Source of the DNA: Adineta vaga
Taxonomy: Eukaryota; Animalia; Rotifera
DNA length: 64,000 bases
Direction of reading: 5' to 3'
NCBI GenBank assembly: GCA_021613535.1
Contig: CP075495.1
Location: 14,012,001-14,076,000, forward strand
Below the pieces are notes generated by a model. The model was given only the letters and a program-made list of their open reading frames with translations, made no database searches and was not told where the DNA came from. The position numbers were made by a program, and so were the translations under genes. Shown piece by piece: positions 25,894 to 39,540 of the stretch. The number at the start of each line of letters is the position of its first letter. Position 1 is the stretch's first letter.

Positions 25894-28251
25894 TTATCTA
25901 GTAGTACCACCATCTGGACGCATTATTCCATTCCATAGACAAGCATGTGGTCGTTCCGCGTAACCAGAAAATATACATCGACCAGGCGCACAATTTAGTG
26001 GACATTCTACAAAACACAAAGAAAATTGATGCAGTTAAATAGTTAGACTAAGGATTTTTATACCGGTAAATGACATTGGAGTAGTTGAATCACAATTTTT
26101 ACCCGTGTACACACTATTTAAACCACAAAAACAAAAATATGAAGAGCTAACAGGAACACAGGTTCCACCATTTTGACATGGATTATTTGTGCATGTGAGA
26201 GCATCTAAAAATATTAAGTACAGATTAAATCAAAAACTACTATCTCAGCGCTCGAGAAATTAAAAACAACATAATATAGTGAGAAAATCTACTTACTACC
26301 AGTAGTAGTAAACAATGGCGCAGTTGTAGGCATTGTCGTATCACATAATATGCCTGTAAAAGGTATCTTACAGATGCAAGTAAGTAAATTACCATTTGCA
26401 TGGCATAAACCTCCATTTAAGCATGGGTTTGATCGACAGGTCGTAGTATCTATCGACAAAAATGAATCAATTTATTTTGAATAATTCGAATCATTTTAAT
26501 ATAATTCTACTTGCTGAAATAGTTGAAGATGATGTTGTTGATGTTGTTGTTACTATAATGGAATTGATATTACGGTTTGTAGCTACATCTTCAAGATAAC
26601 TTACTAAATACTACTGTCGAACTGGTCGTAGTCGTAGTGTTTGTTGCAGCACCGATAAATGTTTCACATCGTATACCTGTATACAGTGGATGACACTCGC
26701 AATATCGAATATTTCCATTCATGCGACATACACCATATGACGAGCAGTATCCATCAAAACAATCTTCTAAAATAGATCAGAAGAAATCAATTTTTCACAG
26801 ACTATTCAATCAGTACATTCAACAACACCTACCAGTCGTAGTCACATCACAATGATTTCCTGTCCATCCAGCTTTACAAATGCAATGAATTCCTGGTCCA
26901 ACAGGTAATTGAACTTGAAAGCAGGAACCTTGGTTGGCACATGGATTCGAATTACACAAACTTGGTGCTGAAACAATGGACAATCAATATCATATCCATC
27001 CATTACTTCACTATTCGTTACATACTCTCTCTCACTTCACAGTTTCTTCCACTCCAACCCGGTGCACAGTTACACAAATAATCATTACCATCAACCGTAC
27101 ACACACCTCCATTTCGGCAAACCTCTGCTGCCATTGTCACACATGGATGATTCGCTACAACAACAATGCATTTCATCTTGCATCACTTTCATCCTTCACT
27201 TACTCAACATATATGTTTCACAACGAGTACCAGCAAACTGTTCAGGACAAACACATCCATATGTATTCCCATCTATCAGTTCACATTTGCCTCCATTTTC
27301 ACAAGGTGTTGCTGCACATGGTACTATTTCACAAAACAATATCACGCAGTGTCATGCCGGTGAACATGAGAAAGAAGAAGAATCTACCTGGTGATACCTG
27401 ACAGAATGTTCCTGTGTAGCCACCAATACAACTGCAGCTCATTGTCAGTCCATTCCATGAACATTGTGCACCATTTTGACATGGACTTGATGTACAAGGA
27501 TCTATGATGCAGAGAGAAAAATCAGAAGATGAATGATAGATAGAGGTGAATAGAACGAAGAAGATACTTGTAGTAATAAGTTCAGTGCAAATTGCTCCGG
27601 TAAAGCTCGTGCCATCACAATCACAAAGATAACTATTGATAGTTGATGAACATCGGCCACCATTCTGACAAGGATTAGTTGGTGAACAATTATCTATAAT
27701 ATGAACGATGAACTAGCTAAATCTAGTTGAAGTAGAACAATTGACTTGAATGACTATGAAATATACCTTTTGTCTCGCACAGTATTCCTGTAAAACCTGC
27801 AAGACATGTACAGACGTTGAGATTACAGACACCGCCATTTTCACATCCAGGATTACAACCAATGGCTAAAATATATAAATAAAATGTACTCAGGGCATTA
27901 GAATTCAACGATGTAACGAGCAAAAATATTTACGTAGGGTGGACGTGGATGTGCCACAGATTTTACCTATGAAACCAGGTAAACAATGACATTTAAAACA
28001 ATCTGGAGTTGTTGGATCTTCGATACATTGACCACCATTTTCACAGGTAACAAAAAGACATGCATTAGCTAAAGAAAAAGGAAATCAACGGTGAAGACCA
28101 TGTAGTAACTAAGCTGATAATGATTACCATTTGGATTAGCACATTCATTAGCTTTTGTTTCTCCAATAATTCGATGTGACGAAGCATGAACATTCTTAAT
28201 TATGAATAAAAACCAACAGCTTGCAATAAATAACGAATAAAATATTTTCAT
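25894..28251 (-). CDS. Secreted EGF-array protein B (signal, ~10 EGF one per exon, Thr-rich linker, cap)
   Basis: MKIFYSLFIASCWFLFIIKNVHA signal; successive phase-1 exons each encoding one EGF; last exon ECPLNCAPGRC...ACLWNGIMRPDGGTTR. Confidence 0.85.
26951..27695. repeat. Near-identical segment shared between EGF genes B and C (copy 1)
   Basis: Matches 31942-32686 at offset 4991 with about 10 substitutions by eye, introns included. Confidence 0.95.
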
Positions 28252-29719
28252 GTTTCTTTTTATTTTGGTATGTCAACTGGAAGTAATAATTATTCTGTCA
28301 CTTGCTGTTTTTCTTGTCAGAGCATATATATTGATTCTTTTATTAAGCCCGTTTATATTCTTCTATTAAATCTCATTGAATAGGATTCTAAATATTCTAT
28401 ATGAAAAAAAAATCAATTACTCACGTTATCAAATATGTTATTGTCTGTAGGTGTATATATCATCTGATCATTATTTCAAGGCAGAAAGAAGACAAGAAAG
28501 TAAATGAAGGGCATATGTTCGTTTATTGATGGCATTGCAAAGAAAGAATAATATCATGATTATACCAAGTGTCACGAACGATATTCAAATATACAGCTTA
28601 ACCAGCTTTGAAATGTTATTATTATCGTCCTTTTTCTCAAAAAGATTGAAAGCCTTCACAAAAAGAAACCGTCGATGTTTTCCTTTTGTTGTTTTAAAAA
28701 AATAATTTCAGAATGGAGAATATAAAAGTTTCGGTTTAAATAGATCAATGTCCGGTATATTTATAAGTTCTAATTAGATATTTTTGTGGTAAGCTAGATC
28801 TTAGTGGCATTATCAGAAAATCAAGAGCGATAAAGTTTAGTCTTCGATGCATTACAAGTTTTTTTCGAATCGTAACTCTTGTCAACAATACTAATTCGAT
28901 ATTATAAAACTTCAAAAAAAGGACATTTAATTTTATCTAAAATAATTAGTATTGACTGGAGTTGAATATAACCATTTATGTAAATTTCTATCAAATCAAC
29001 AGTAGGTTACACATAATTCATATGGACATCGCTTGAATGATCAATCATGATAAAGACCACGTCTAGGGACGTTTGGATAAGACAATATTGAACTAGAAGA
29101 AGATATGAATGAAAAATTGCGACTTTTCACAGAATATTCTATTTCGATAGCACTATGATATTCGTGATGTCAGTATAAATATGTGAGGAAGTGTTTACTA
29201 GTTGTTTAACATTATTCCGATGATGTCGGTGATGTGATTCGTACACTAAATGATACAATAATTGCCAGTGATTTTCGTTACAAAAACATGAGAAATATCT
29301 GATAATAAAACGAGTGAAGTTTTGTAAATTATTGATATAGTGAACTAGTTCGTTGTATTTTTTCTTCGAGATAAAAATATCGTTTATTTCGTTTGCATCT
29401 GTCTTTAAACAGAACGAAGATTGATTCGGTAAGGTAGATATTAATATATGAATTATAAGAATAAAGAAAAATGTCAGATGTGGTCACATATATTTCAATA
29501 ACCTAATATTTGTAACAACTAGCTTTTAATATTTTCATTGGAATTATTGCGACATTTTTAAACATAAAAATGATGATGATGCAAATGTATATAGATGATC
29601 TATAGAATATTATTGTCAAGATTTTAAAGAAAAAAATATACTTTGTTGAATTGTTATAAAAAGCGTTATTGTAGTAGAATTAATGATAAAAAATATGATA
29701 TGTTTTGTGCATATATTTA

Positions 29720-29990
29720 GATGAAATTGTTTTAACTATTACAATAGTTAAGAATAAAAATCAAATATTAGTGAAAGAATTAATGCAAACTGTGTGCACA
29801 TATATCTTTGCTGTTCTCAAGAACTTACGCTATCTAAATGTGTGTTCATCTTCAGGAATGTATATCCATGATTTATCATTCGATGAATAATCTGCAAACG
29901 TTTGCTCTTCATCGAAGCGTTGGCAGATTGTCTTTATCATAAGGTAGATTGATTTACAAAGACTTTGTCTTGATATGTACATTCAAATTG
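29720..29990 (+). pseudogene. Decayed fragment of an F-box/LRR-like gene
   Basis: YIFAVLKNLRYLNV.SSS...LSF followed by a stop and a DCLY..GR-like remnant; resembles from memory an LRR-type family expanded in bdelloids; no intact ORF. Confidence 0.35.
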
Positions 29991-30850
29991 TTTACATTTT
30001 CAGGTAGAAGTTCCTAATTTATGATCGTTATTATATCTTAAACGTATATAATCATTTTGCATAATTTTCACTACAAGATGATCTTTTTCGTTTGTTGTTT
30101 GACACAACATCACGATGAAATCCTAAAAGATTGTATCTCCTGATAAGTTATTCTTGTTTCAGCAATTGAAATACGTGTTGATTTATCTAATATTATGCAT
30201 TATTCGAAAGATCTCATCGAGAGTGATCAACTGAACCATGTTGTTTTGGTGATACAATGATCGGATCGAACCTGTAATTGAAATTGTTACCATCAGCCTC
30301 GACTGACTCGTTTTTTCCAATGTTAGCGTCGGAGAAATGATCATAATCAATGAGAATTACACAAAGATTAATGAATTTGATTAAGACCAATTAAATAACG
30401 AATGCTTTATTAGTGACACATAGATAGTAATTTCTTATATCATCTATTAACTATATGAGATGAATTACGTCAATTGAATTTCTTTAACCATGTAGTCGTA
30501 TCTACTATAAATTTCAGTTTCAACTACAAGCATGTTCAGGATGAGATTGATGAAGAGGAGTTAATCGATGATTGTCAAAGTATCGAAAAAGTGAACAATA
30601 TTGCATTTATAAGCAAGTATTGATTCGATTGAATTCATTTTCAAAATGAATTAAAAAGATAGAAACAGTTAAAAATAGCAATATTTTCCGTTTCAAATAA
30701 ATATTATGTTTGTAAATTTGAATATAGTGAATATATGTTAGTGTCGAGTATATTGGTATGAATATTAAAATATGTTTTGTTGTACAAAAAAGGCGTTAAG
30801 ACAGTATTTTGATTCATTCATGTTCGAATTTATGAATAAGTGTATGTTCA

Positions 30851-33218
30851 TCAAACACAACTATTTAGTTTCATAGTACCATCACACATACACACGTAGG
30901 GTCGTGCAGAAGAACCAGATGGTACACAATAACCAGGTGAACAATTTAATGGACAATCTATCCACAAAAATAAGTATTCATATTATACAGTTTTAAGAAA
31001 CTTTATCTACTTGTTGGCGCTACTGGTACAATGGTTTCGCAGTTTTTACCAGTGTAAACATTATTTGATCCACAATAACAGTAGTATGAATTTTCAAAAC
31101 TGTAACACATTCCTCCGTTACGACATGGCATATCAGCACATGTTATCCCAACTATAAAACTCATATATCACATTAAATAGATCAATGAAATTATTTTACA
31201 TACAACTGGGTGTAGTGACAGTCGAAGTTATCGTTATCGCTTGATAAGTTTCACATGTTACACCTGTCCAAGGTGCTCGACATGCACAAGCAAAAACCAT
31301 ACCATTTCTATAGCATGCGCCACTATTTTGACATGGATTTGGCAAACAAGGATTTCCAACTGAAAAAAAAAACAGTTTTCTATTATTTATATAGCAATTG
31401 CTATTGAGGAAAAAATGACCTGGACCAACTGTTGTAGTTGTCACTATAATACTCATAGGTATTGAGCATGTAGGACCTGTCCAGTTTGGAAGACATGTAC
31501 ATATAAAATTAATCATATCACTATAACATGTGCCACCATTCTGACATGGACTTGATGAACAAGGTCGCACACCTAAAAGAATACGTATCGATATACCATT
31601 TTCTAGTCATTATTAATGGTTTACCTGGCACCACTGTAGTGGTAGTTGTCAAAGCGCCAGCGAATGATTCGCAGCGAGCACCTGTATACAATGGTGGACA
31701 TTCACAGTATCGAAGATTTCCATTGATGCGGCATATACCACCTGCCAAACAATATCCATCGTAACATTGTGCTAAAAACCAAATTATAACTTATATTCAA
31801 TTGCTACACATAATAATACTTACCGCTGATCTGAACATCACAATATCGTCCTGTCCACTGATCTTCACAATTACAATATGCAATAGAACCACTTGGCGCA
31901 ATAGCTTCTACACAACTACCATGATTACCACATGGACTTGGATTACACGAACTTGGTGCTAAAACAATGGACAATCAATATCATATCCATCCATTACTTC
32001 ACTATTCGTTACATACTCTCTCTCACTTCACAGTTTCTTCCACTCCAACCAGGTGCACAGTTACACAAATAATCATTACCATCAACCGTACACACACCTC
32101 CATTTCGGCAAACCTCTGCTGCCATTGTCACACATGGATGATTTGCTACAACAACAATGCATTTTATCTTGCATCACTTTCATCCTTCACTTACTCAACA
32201 TATATGTTTCACAACGAGTACCAGCAAACTGTTCAGGACAAACACATCCATATGTATTCCCATCTATCAGTTCACATTTGCCTCCATTTTCACAAGGTGT
32301 TGCTGCACATGGTACTATTTCACAAAACAATATCATGCAGTGTCATGCCGGTGAACATGAGAAAGAAGAAGAATCTACCTGGTGATACCTGACAGAATGT
32401 TCCTGTGTAGCCACCAATACAACTGCAGCTCATTGTCAGTCCATTCCATGAACATTGTGCGCCATTTTGACATGGACTTGATGTGCAAGGATCTATGATG
32501 CAGAGGGAAAAATCAGAAGATGAATGATAGATAGAGGTGAATAGAACGAAGAAGATACTTGTAGTAATAAGTTCAGTGCAAATTGCTCCGGTAAAGCCCG
32601 TGCCATCACAATCACAAAGATAACTATTGATAGTTGATGAACATCGGCCACCATTCTGACAAGGATTAGTTGGTGAACAATAATCTTAAATGCAATAAAA
32701 TGTTAATATGGTCTGTAATAAATAATTAAATAGAACAAATGTCATAATTACCTATTCTTTCACAGAAAGTACCTGTGAATCCTAATGGGCATACACAGAC
32801 ATTTACGTTACAGGCACCACCGTTTTCACATCCAGGATTACAGCCCGCTAGATAATTGAAAAATACAATATAATGAAAAGAAATAGACAAAACACAATAT
32901 ATACGTGTAATAACAATGGGTGTGTCACAGATCCTGCCAGTGAAACCAGATGAACAATGACATTTGAAACAATCTGGAGTTGTTGGATCTTCGGTGCATC
33001 GACCACCATTTTCACAAGTAACAAAAGAACATGCATTACCTAGCAAAGAGAAAAGCAATAATAATGATAATGTATCAATTTAGCTGAAAACGATTACCAA
33101 TTGGATTAGCACATTCATCAACTTTTGTTTCTGGAACTAATCGATGTTTTAACGTATGAACATATGTTACTGATAATGTGCTAAATAATATTGAAATATA
33201 TAATGCTTGAAAAAGCAT
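30851..33218 (-). CDS. Secreted EGF-array protein C (signal, ~11 EGF one per exon, Thr-rich linkers, cap)
   Basis: MLFQALYISILFSTLSVTYVHT signal; same exon order as gene B; last exon DCPLNCSPGYC...VCMCDGTMKLNSCV. Confidence 0.85.
31942..32686. repeat. Near-identical segment shared between EGF genes B and C (copy 2)
   Basis: Matches 26951-27695. Confidence 0.95.
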
Positions 33219-33605
33219 TGTTCAATTTCAGTGTAATTCTGTTTTGTACGATAAGAACACAGCAATTGTTGTAATTACTTATTTTCGATCTTTGGATTTG
33301 AATATATATATTGATATAGAACCTCTTACCTACCTACTTGTAATTGATACTAAACAAATTTATTACATAGAAATAGAAGACAGGATCAAGGAATCAATAG
33401 CTCAAATTACTAAGTTGTTGTCATTGTGCATGATATACTTCATTGTTTTTTTTTAAATTCAAGCAAAACAAAATTGAAAACTAACATATATATATATAGC
33501 ATTCTTTTATTAATTATTTTGTAAAAGTACAACGTATTAGTCACGTATTTTACCTAAGCTTCAAGGAAAATATTCGTTCTTTTTATGAAAATATCGTTAT
33601 ATTTG

Positions 33606-34175
33606 TTATTCTGTATAGACAAAAAAGATTGTTACAATAACATATGCATTTAAAGTTTCTTTTCTTATGGTAATATGACGATCTGATTGAAGATTCCATA
33701 AACATTGACTAACAATACGTAAATCTTGTCCTTTCTTCTGTCCAACAGATACCTGTGTAATAATTTTATATCGTGTGAAAGGTAATAGTTTCATTTGATT
33801 TCGTATTCGTTCCGCTAACATTTCAATAAATCCTTTTGCTTCTTTACCATTATATTTATAATTAATCATTGCTGTTTCAATAATATTCATAGCAACACGA
33901 TGTATTCGCATTATATCAAGTTTATTATCATCATTAGGTTCAAGATGATACGTATTTTCGTATCGATTAAGACGATGATTTTGACCAGAATGCATAAAAG
34001 AAGAACGTATTGATTGACGAGTTGCTCGTGAATTAGAAGAATGCTCATTATAATTACCATTATTAAAAAGAATTGAATTATGTGGTAAATTTAGACGTAC
34101 TTTTGATGTACGTCTATTTGGACTTTCTGATTGATGTAAAAGATTATCAGTTGTTGTATTTAGTTGTGCCATCAT
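33606..34175 (-). CDS. Tctex-1 domain dynein light chain (TCTEX1D/DYNLT5-like), intronless
   Basis: RYENTYHLEP, RYKIITQVSVGQKKGQDLRIVSQCLWN...D, C-terminal FVYTE. Confidence 0.85.
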   Translation of the reverse strand: MMAQLNTTTDNLLHQSESPNRRTSKVRLNLPHNSILFNNGNYNEHSSNSRATRQSIRSSFMHSGQNHRLNRYENTYHLEPNDDNKLDIMRIHRVAMNIIETAMINYKYNGKEAKGFIEMLAERIRNQMKLLPFTRYKIITQVSVGQKKGQDLRIVSQCLWNLQSDRHITIRKETLNAYVIVTIFFVYTE

Positions 34176-34501
34176 TGATAAATTTCATATGTAAAATAAT
34201 TTTGCGAGAAGTCGTTCATATCTCATTCTATGAAATATCAGATGGAACTCTTTTTCATACCCGTAATTGTATAGACACTTGAGAAGAAGAGAAAAAAAAC
34301 CTAAAGATTGTCGTTCGCTATATCATTTCTTTCGTCATTCACTTTACTATTTTCTAGATGAACGCGTACCATTTTAATAGTTTTTCAAGAGCATTCTCAT
34401 TACTTTTTCTTTTTGAGCTACGGTCTTTTTTTCTCTATTTGAATATCTTTTTGATTTCAAATTTAATGAAACAAACAAACAAACAAACAAACAATAACAG
34501 A

Positions 34502-35987
34502 TCATTGATCACCAGTCATTGGTCGACCACGACCTACATTACTGCCTGAACCAAAATATGCCGATGCCGATTGAATAGAACGTTGATCATCATTGTAAGA
34601 TGCATTTAATACACGAGGTGTTACTGATGTTTGTCGACAAAAATTATTATTTGTTGACTTTTGTTGATGATAAGATGCTCGTCCATGACCTTGTGATCGA
34701 AAAGAATGATTTCCATATTGAATACTCGCTGAACTTGGCGAACGTATTTGTTCTGTTTGATTATTATAATTTTGCATTGAAGTAGAAGTTGATCTATGTG
34801 AAGATCTTGCTTGTGATTTTGATAAATGTCGTTCATCGAAGGACATATTTTCTATTGATGAATAGAATGTTGGCCATTGAATTTGATCTTCATTCGTAGA
34901 ATTCGGCAAGGATTCTGTAGGAGGAATCGATGCGGAATTTAATAAAGGAGGATTTTTACTAAAAGAAAGACAAGAAAGACGATGCATTTTATACTGATAT
35001 ATTGTTTATACGGAAGTGCTGAACGTCGAAGTAAATCTTCTTTATATTTTTCCATAGAATGACCACGAGCACGATTGAATGCTAGAAATAGATTATTCAT
35101 AGACAGAAAAAAAGAAAAACCATTGATTTCTATGAACTATACCTTCCAAAGCTTCGTCTGGTTTAAAACCCATTTCTTCAATCATATATCTGTATGGAGA
35201 ATACAAATAATTTGTTAGAAAAAAATAATGATCTGTAAAATTTTACCTGACGATGAGATAACCCGTTCGATTCAATCCATGTGTACAATGAACACCGATT
35301 AATTTATCTAAAAAAATAGATTTAACATAACAATTGCATATTTTTCTTTCTAAGAACGTACCATTATTTTTATTTTGTTCAAGAAAATTTCTAACGGTAA
35401 TAGCAAATTGTTGATAACATGTCTCATTAGGTATTTGATTATGACCGGGTGTCATCATTTTACAATATTGAATTTGTGCATCAGCAATATCCTATTTAAA
35501 GAAAAAAAAACAGCTCGGTAATATATAATTTCAACGAAAAAGAAGTAAATTAACAGTTGCTTTATAATATCGTTCTGTATTTGTAAGATCAACAATTAAC
35601 CCAAGTTCTTTGCCTTTATCATCAAGTCGTTCAATTAAATCTCCTAATGTAAAACGTCGATCATCTGGTAAATGTTTTTGCATTTCCTAGAATGCACATG
35701 AGAAATATTGATCGTCGTTGTAAAAAAGATTCAAAAAGATTACAAACCGGTTTTAATGGACATTTAAATGCAATAAAACGTGTATTTTCAATCCAAGAAT
35801 TAACACCTATATAATCGAGCCATCTAAATAACAGAAAATAGTTTCTTTTTCTAAATCAAAAAACTTTATTGTGACTCTACCGATCTGGAATACCACCGGA
35901 TGAACCTGATTTTCGTTTTTTCTCTTCGTCACGTTGTCTATTCGTTATTCGATAACGATGCGGTTGTTGATATTGAAAATCATCCAT
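34502..35987 (-). CDS. DUSP11: RNA 5'-triphosphatase DUSP11/PIR1, multi-exon
   Basis: IPDRWLDY...RFIAFKCPL, VDLTNTERYY, catalytic IGVHCTHGLNRTGYLI, FNRARGHSME; no guanylyltransferase domain follows. Confidence 0.88.
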
Positions 35988-36437
35988 TTATTTTTATATT
36001 ACAATGCTTATCTTCAATGAGAAAAGTAAGATCGTATAGAAATTTGACATGAAAGTATTTCATCATCATTATGTAGGAAAACAAAATGATGAAAGATTGA
36101 GTAATTCGTGTCCTACAACAGGCGATAAGTCAGTGTGAATGGACATAAATGATGATAATATCTATCAACAGGTTAATTGAACGGTGAATATAAGTATTCA
36201 AATGAGAGATAAATCAAGTTAATTTCATCGAAATATAATGTTTCGTACTTTGAACGATATGAAATATTTCTTCACACTTTTGGTTTTATCGTCCTCGAAT
36301 TCTGCCAGAGAATTCCTTTCATATAACTTATCCTGATACTAAACTGAATATTCATAAAATAGTATTAAAATCTTTTCCAATTCAAATAAAATCTTAGAGA
36401 AAAAAAGACGTAGCACTTGTTAGTTGGTTTAAATGTT

Positions 36438-36440
<3 letters not shown>

Positions 36441-36475
<35 letters not shown>
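36441..36475. repeat. (GA)17 microsatellite just downstream of the EIF2B4 stop
   Basis: Direct reading. Confidence 0.95.
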
Positions 36476-36478
<3 letters not shown>

Positions 36479-36520
36479 AAGAGAGAAAATAACAAACAAT
36501 GAAAATTATCTTTTTCTTTA

Positions 36521-39171
36521 TTAAACAGTTTCTAAAGTAGGATTATGTACGTTCGTATTTGAATTTGTTGTTGTGATTGTTTGTTGCTCTTGTCCCCAAA
36601 TTTCATCCAATTGTTTATTCTGCATACGGATAACCACAGCAACTGATGTACATGGAAGAATACCTAATTCTGTTATGACAGCACTGATAAATGTTGGTGG
36701 CGTAACATCATAAGTCATATTAAGGATATTCAGATTTGTGTTTTGATTTCCTGCTGCCGTTGACGATGTAGCTGAAGATACAGCTTCGTGAAGAAGTGGA
36801 TGATCACGAGTTAAATCGTTGGGATCACCTAAATGATAAAAAAGAATATATTTGAATTGTGTATAAATTAAACGGTATACCAAGTTCATTGAAAACAAAG
36901 CTATCTGTTTGAACACGTTCGCAAAATTTATATGTTTCACAACAGACAAGTACAGGTACATTATGTGTTTTAGCAATGAGAGATATTTGTGCTGTACCAA
37001 TTTGACTCATAACATAACCATTGCCTAATAAACCATGTGCACCTAATAAGACTTTTGTTACCTAATTTTAAAGAAAAACGTATTTATAATGGCGTACATG
37101 ATGAATAAGGAAACAAACTTCTGAGATTATGAATGGTACAGCATTGATAAGTATGTAGGTACATTTAACGTTTAATGCCAATAATCTTCGAGCAGATTTC
37201 AAACCTGAAAAACATAATTGATTTAGAGTTCGTTGTTTTTAGGAATATATTTACCATGTTGTTGTGGACGAGAATCAACAATAATAACTCGAAAATCAAT
37301 TGAACGTTTAACAGCGACTTCCAAAATACGCATAATTAATGATGAACTAAATATCAATCGATCGATTAAATCATTTTATATTCACCTATTCAAAACTTAC
37401 TATCCAAATATGAGTATAACATCGCCATTGGTAATTTTCGTAATAGCATATGTTTCGGCAATAGCTGTACCAGATAATTCAATTTTTTCTCGAAGAAAAC
37501 TTTGAATAACATCATTAAGTAATTCTTTTGCTTTTTCAATAGTAATATTATGTGGTATACGTTCAATATGAGTTTTTAGATAACGTATTGCCGTGCCCAT
37601 GGTCACTGCATTAGGTCGACATTTAGTTAGAAAGCTAAATAGAAAAACAATATAGATGCAGAGAAAAAGAATGGGAGAAAGTTTGATTTACTTAATATTA
37701 TTTTTTAGTTTTGTACTCAAATCACCTGCATTAAGTATTGATGAGTTGTTTGATCCATGTGGACCTTCATAATCTTCAAGCATCTATTAGAACATATATA
37801 TATTCGAATGAAAGATATTGAAAATAGTTCGTTTAAAATACTTTTTGAATAGCCACAAGAAATGCTACACAACGTAGATTAGAACCCACTATTTGTCTTG
37901 TAGCATATTGTAAGCCTAATTTGACAATTGCAGGATGTACTAAATCTGAATCACTAGAAGAATATCCAATTTGATTGATGTGTATAGAAAACAAAAGTCT
38001 GTTTGACATACCTTATGACTGGAAGTTTTGATAGATCACGTGTATAGATTGATAGATGTGAGAAGAGTGTTACACGTTCACTATTAGCTTTCTTTTGTAG
38101 GCGTTTTTGTTGGGATTGATTAGACATGACACTAGGAGCAGTGGAAGTTGGCATTTGTCTCACAGGCCTCGAATTAGCAGACATAGTTGATTCACTAATT
38201 TCAGATTGAATGCGATGAGATGCTGGAAAAAAAAGAAAATATAGTCTTATAGAATCAATCATATTTGTCAAGCTTGAATTCTCATTAGTGAAAAAGAAGG
38301 ATTTGTCTCAAATTTCTACGAAGGATAGAAAAACATATTTACCTGCCATATGTGCTGATATGGATGGTGTAGGAGTATGATCAATAGTTGGTTTCTTAGA
38401 TGTTGCTGATGTTTGAGGTGTTTCATTCGGTTTTAAAGCAGGTGTACCTGGCTTTTGTTTTGGTGGTTTAGCAGCTCTTTGGGCTTCCTGAAACAAAAGG
38501 AAAATTCGGAAAATTTATTCATCGGATTTGAAGAATTTACTTGTATAGCACGGCGTTCAGCACGACTTAATTGAGGTTTAGGTGGAATAGATATTGGAGG
38601 ACCGTTCGGATTTTGTTGAATAGTTGTACTAGCCATACGGTCAGCTATGAAGAAACATCGAATATTTATTGTAATCAAATTGAATTATCACTAACTTATT
38701 TCTGATACATCATTCATTGAACTTGCTTCAGAGCTAGGTTTTGTTTGTTTGCCTTGTTTTTTATTTTGATTAGGAGTATTTTGATTACTTGCTGTCGAAG
38801 CTATAGATGCTGGACGATTTGGAACTGAAGACATTGTTTCTGTTGTTGCTGCAAGAATTTCTGTAGATATATTTGATTCAGGTAATTTCTGAAAGGGAAA
38901 TATCATTAATGACTGTCATACGAGAAAATGAACTAAGCAAATAAATGGATAGATTTAATAAAGCGCACATGCGAAGAATAAAGCGCAAGACATCAGACAA
39001 CAACAACAACAAATAAACCTGATGTAATTGCGAATCTTCATTAAAAACACTATCACTATCATCATTTTTTGTATCGTTCATCTGTGTTTTTTCCGTTGTG
39101 GATTCTTTTTTTTGTTGCTTTTTATTCTTTTTTTCTGCACGGTTACGTTTAGGTTTCGTCGATTGATCCAT
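36521..39171 (-). CDS. EIF2B4: Translation initiation factor eIF2B subunit delta, multi-exon
   Basis: [84 protein letters not shown]...ITELG. Confidence 0.95.
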
Positions 39172-39540
39172 TGTTGTAATACACAATGATCGAAGTATAA
39201 TAGTCTAGATAAGAAAAACAAGAGACATATAATAAGTTTCTTCAATTAAAACTCCTACCCGAATAACTTTTCTAATAGAACTCATTGCTCGAAAAAAAAT
39301 GAATATTTCTCTTATTCTCATGAAATATATTAGTCTACATTACATCATCTACATTGAATCAGCTTTGATACTTCGAAGAAAAAACAGAACGATAAAAAAA
39401 AAGGTTATTCTTCGTAGCATATATTTAGAGAAGAAAAAGAACAACAAATCATGTGAAGACATGTGACAAACAGAATAAAAAGAGAAATATCCCATGCATA
39501 ATAATCTAAGAATGTCAACAATAAAAATTTATTGTGTTTT

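Noticed and set aside
28300-30800. Possible transposon between EGF genes B and C
   Set aside because: No terminal inverted repeats, LTRs, TSD or transposase/RT motifs recognisable
26934-32392. Duplicated + strand ORFs (155/141, 110 and 65 aa)
   Set aside because: Antisense to spliced EGF exons; duplicated only because of the conversion tract
21269-33218. Notch/Delta/Crumbs/fibrillin orthology
   Set aside because: No TM, DSL, LNR, ankyrin, LamG or calcium-binding cbEGF consensus
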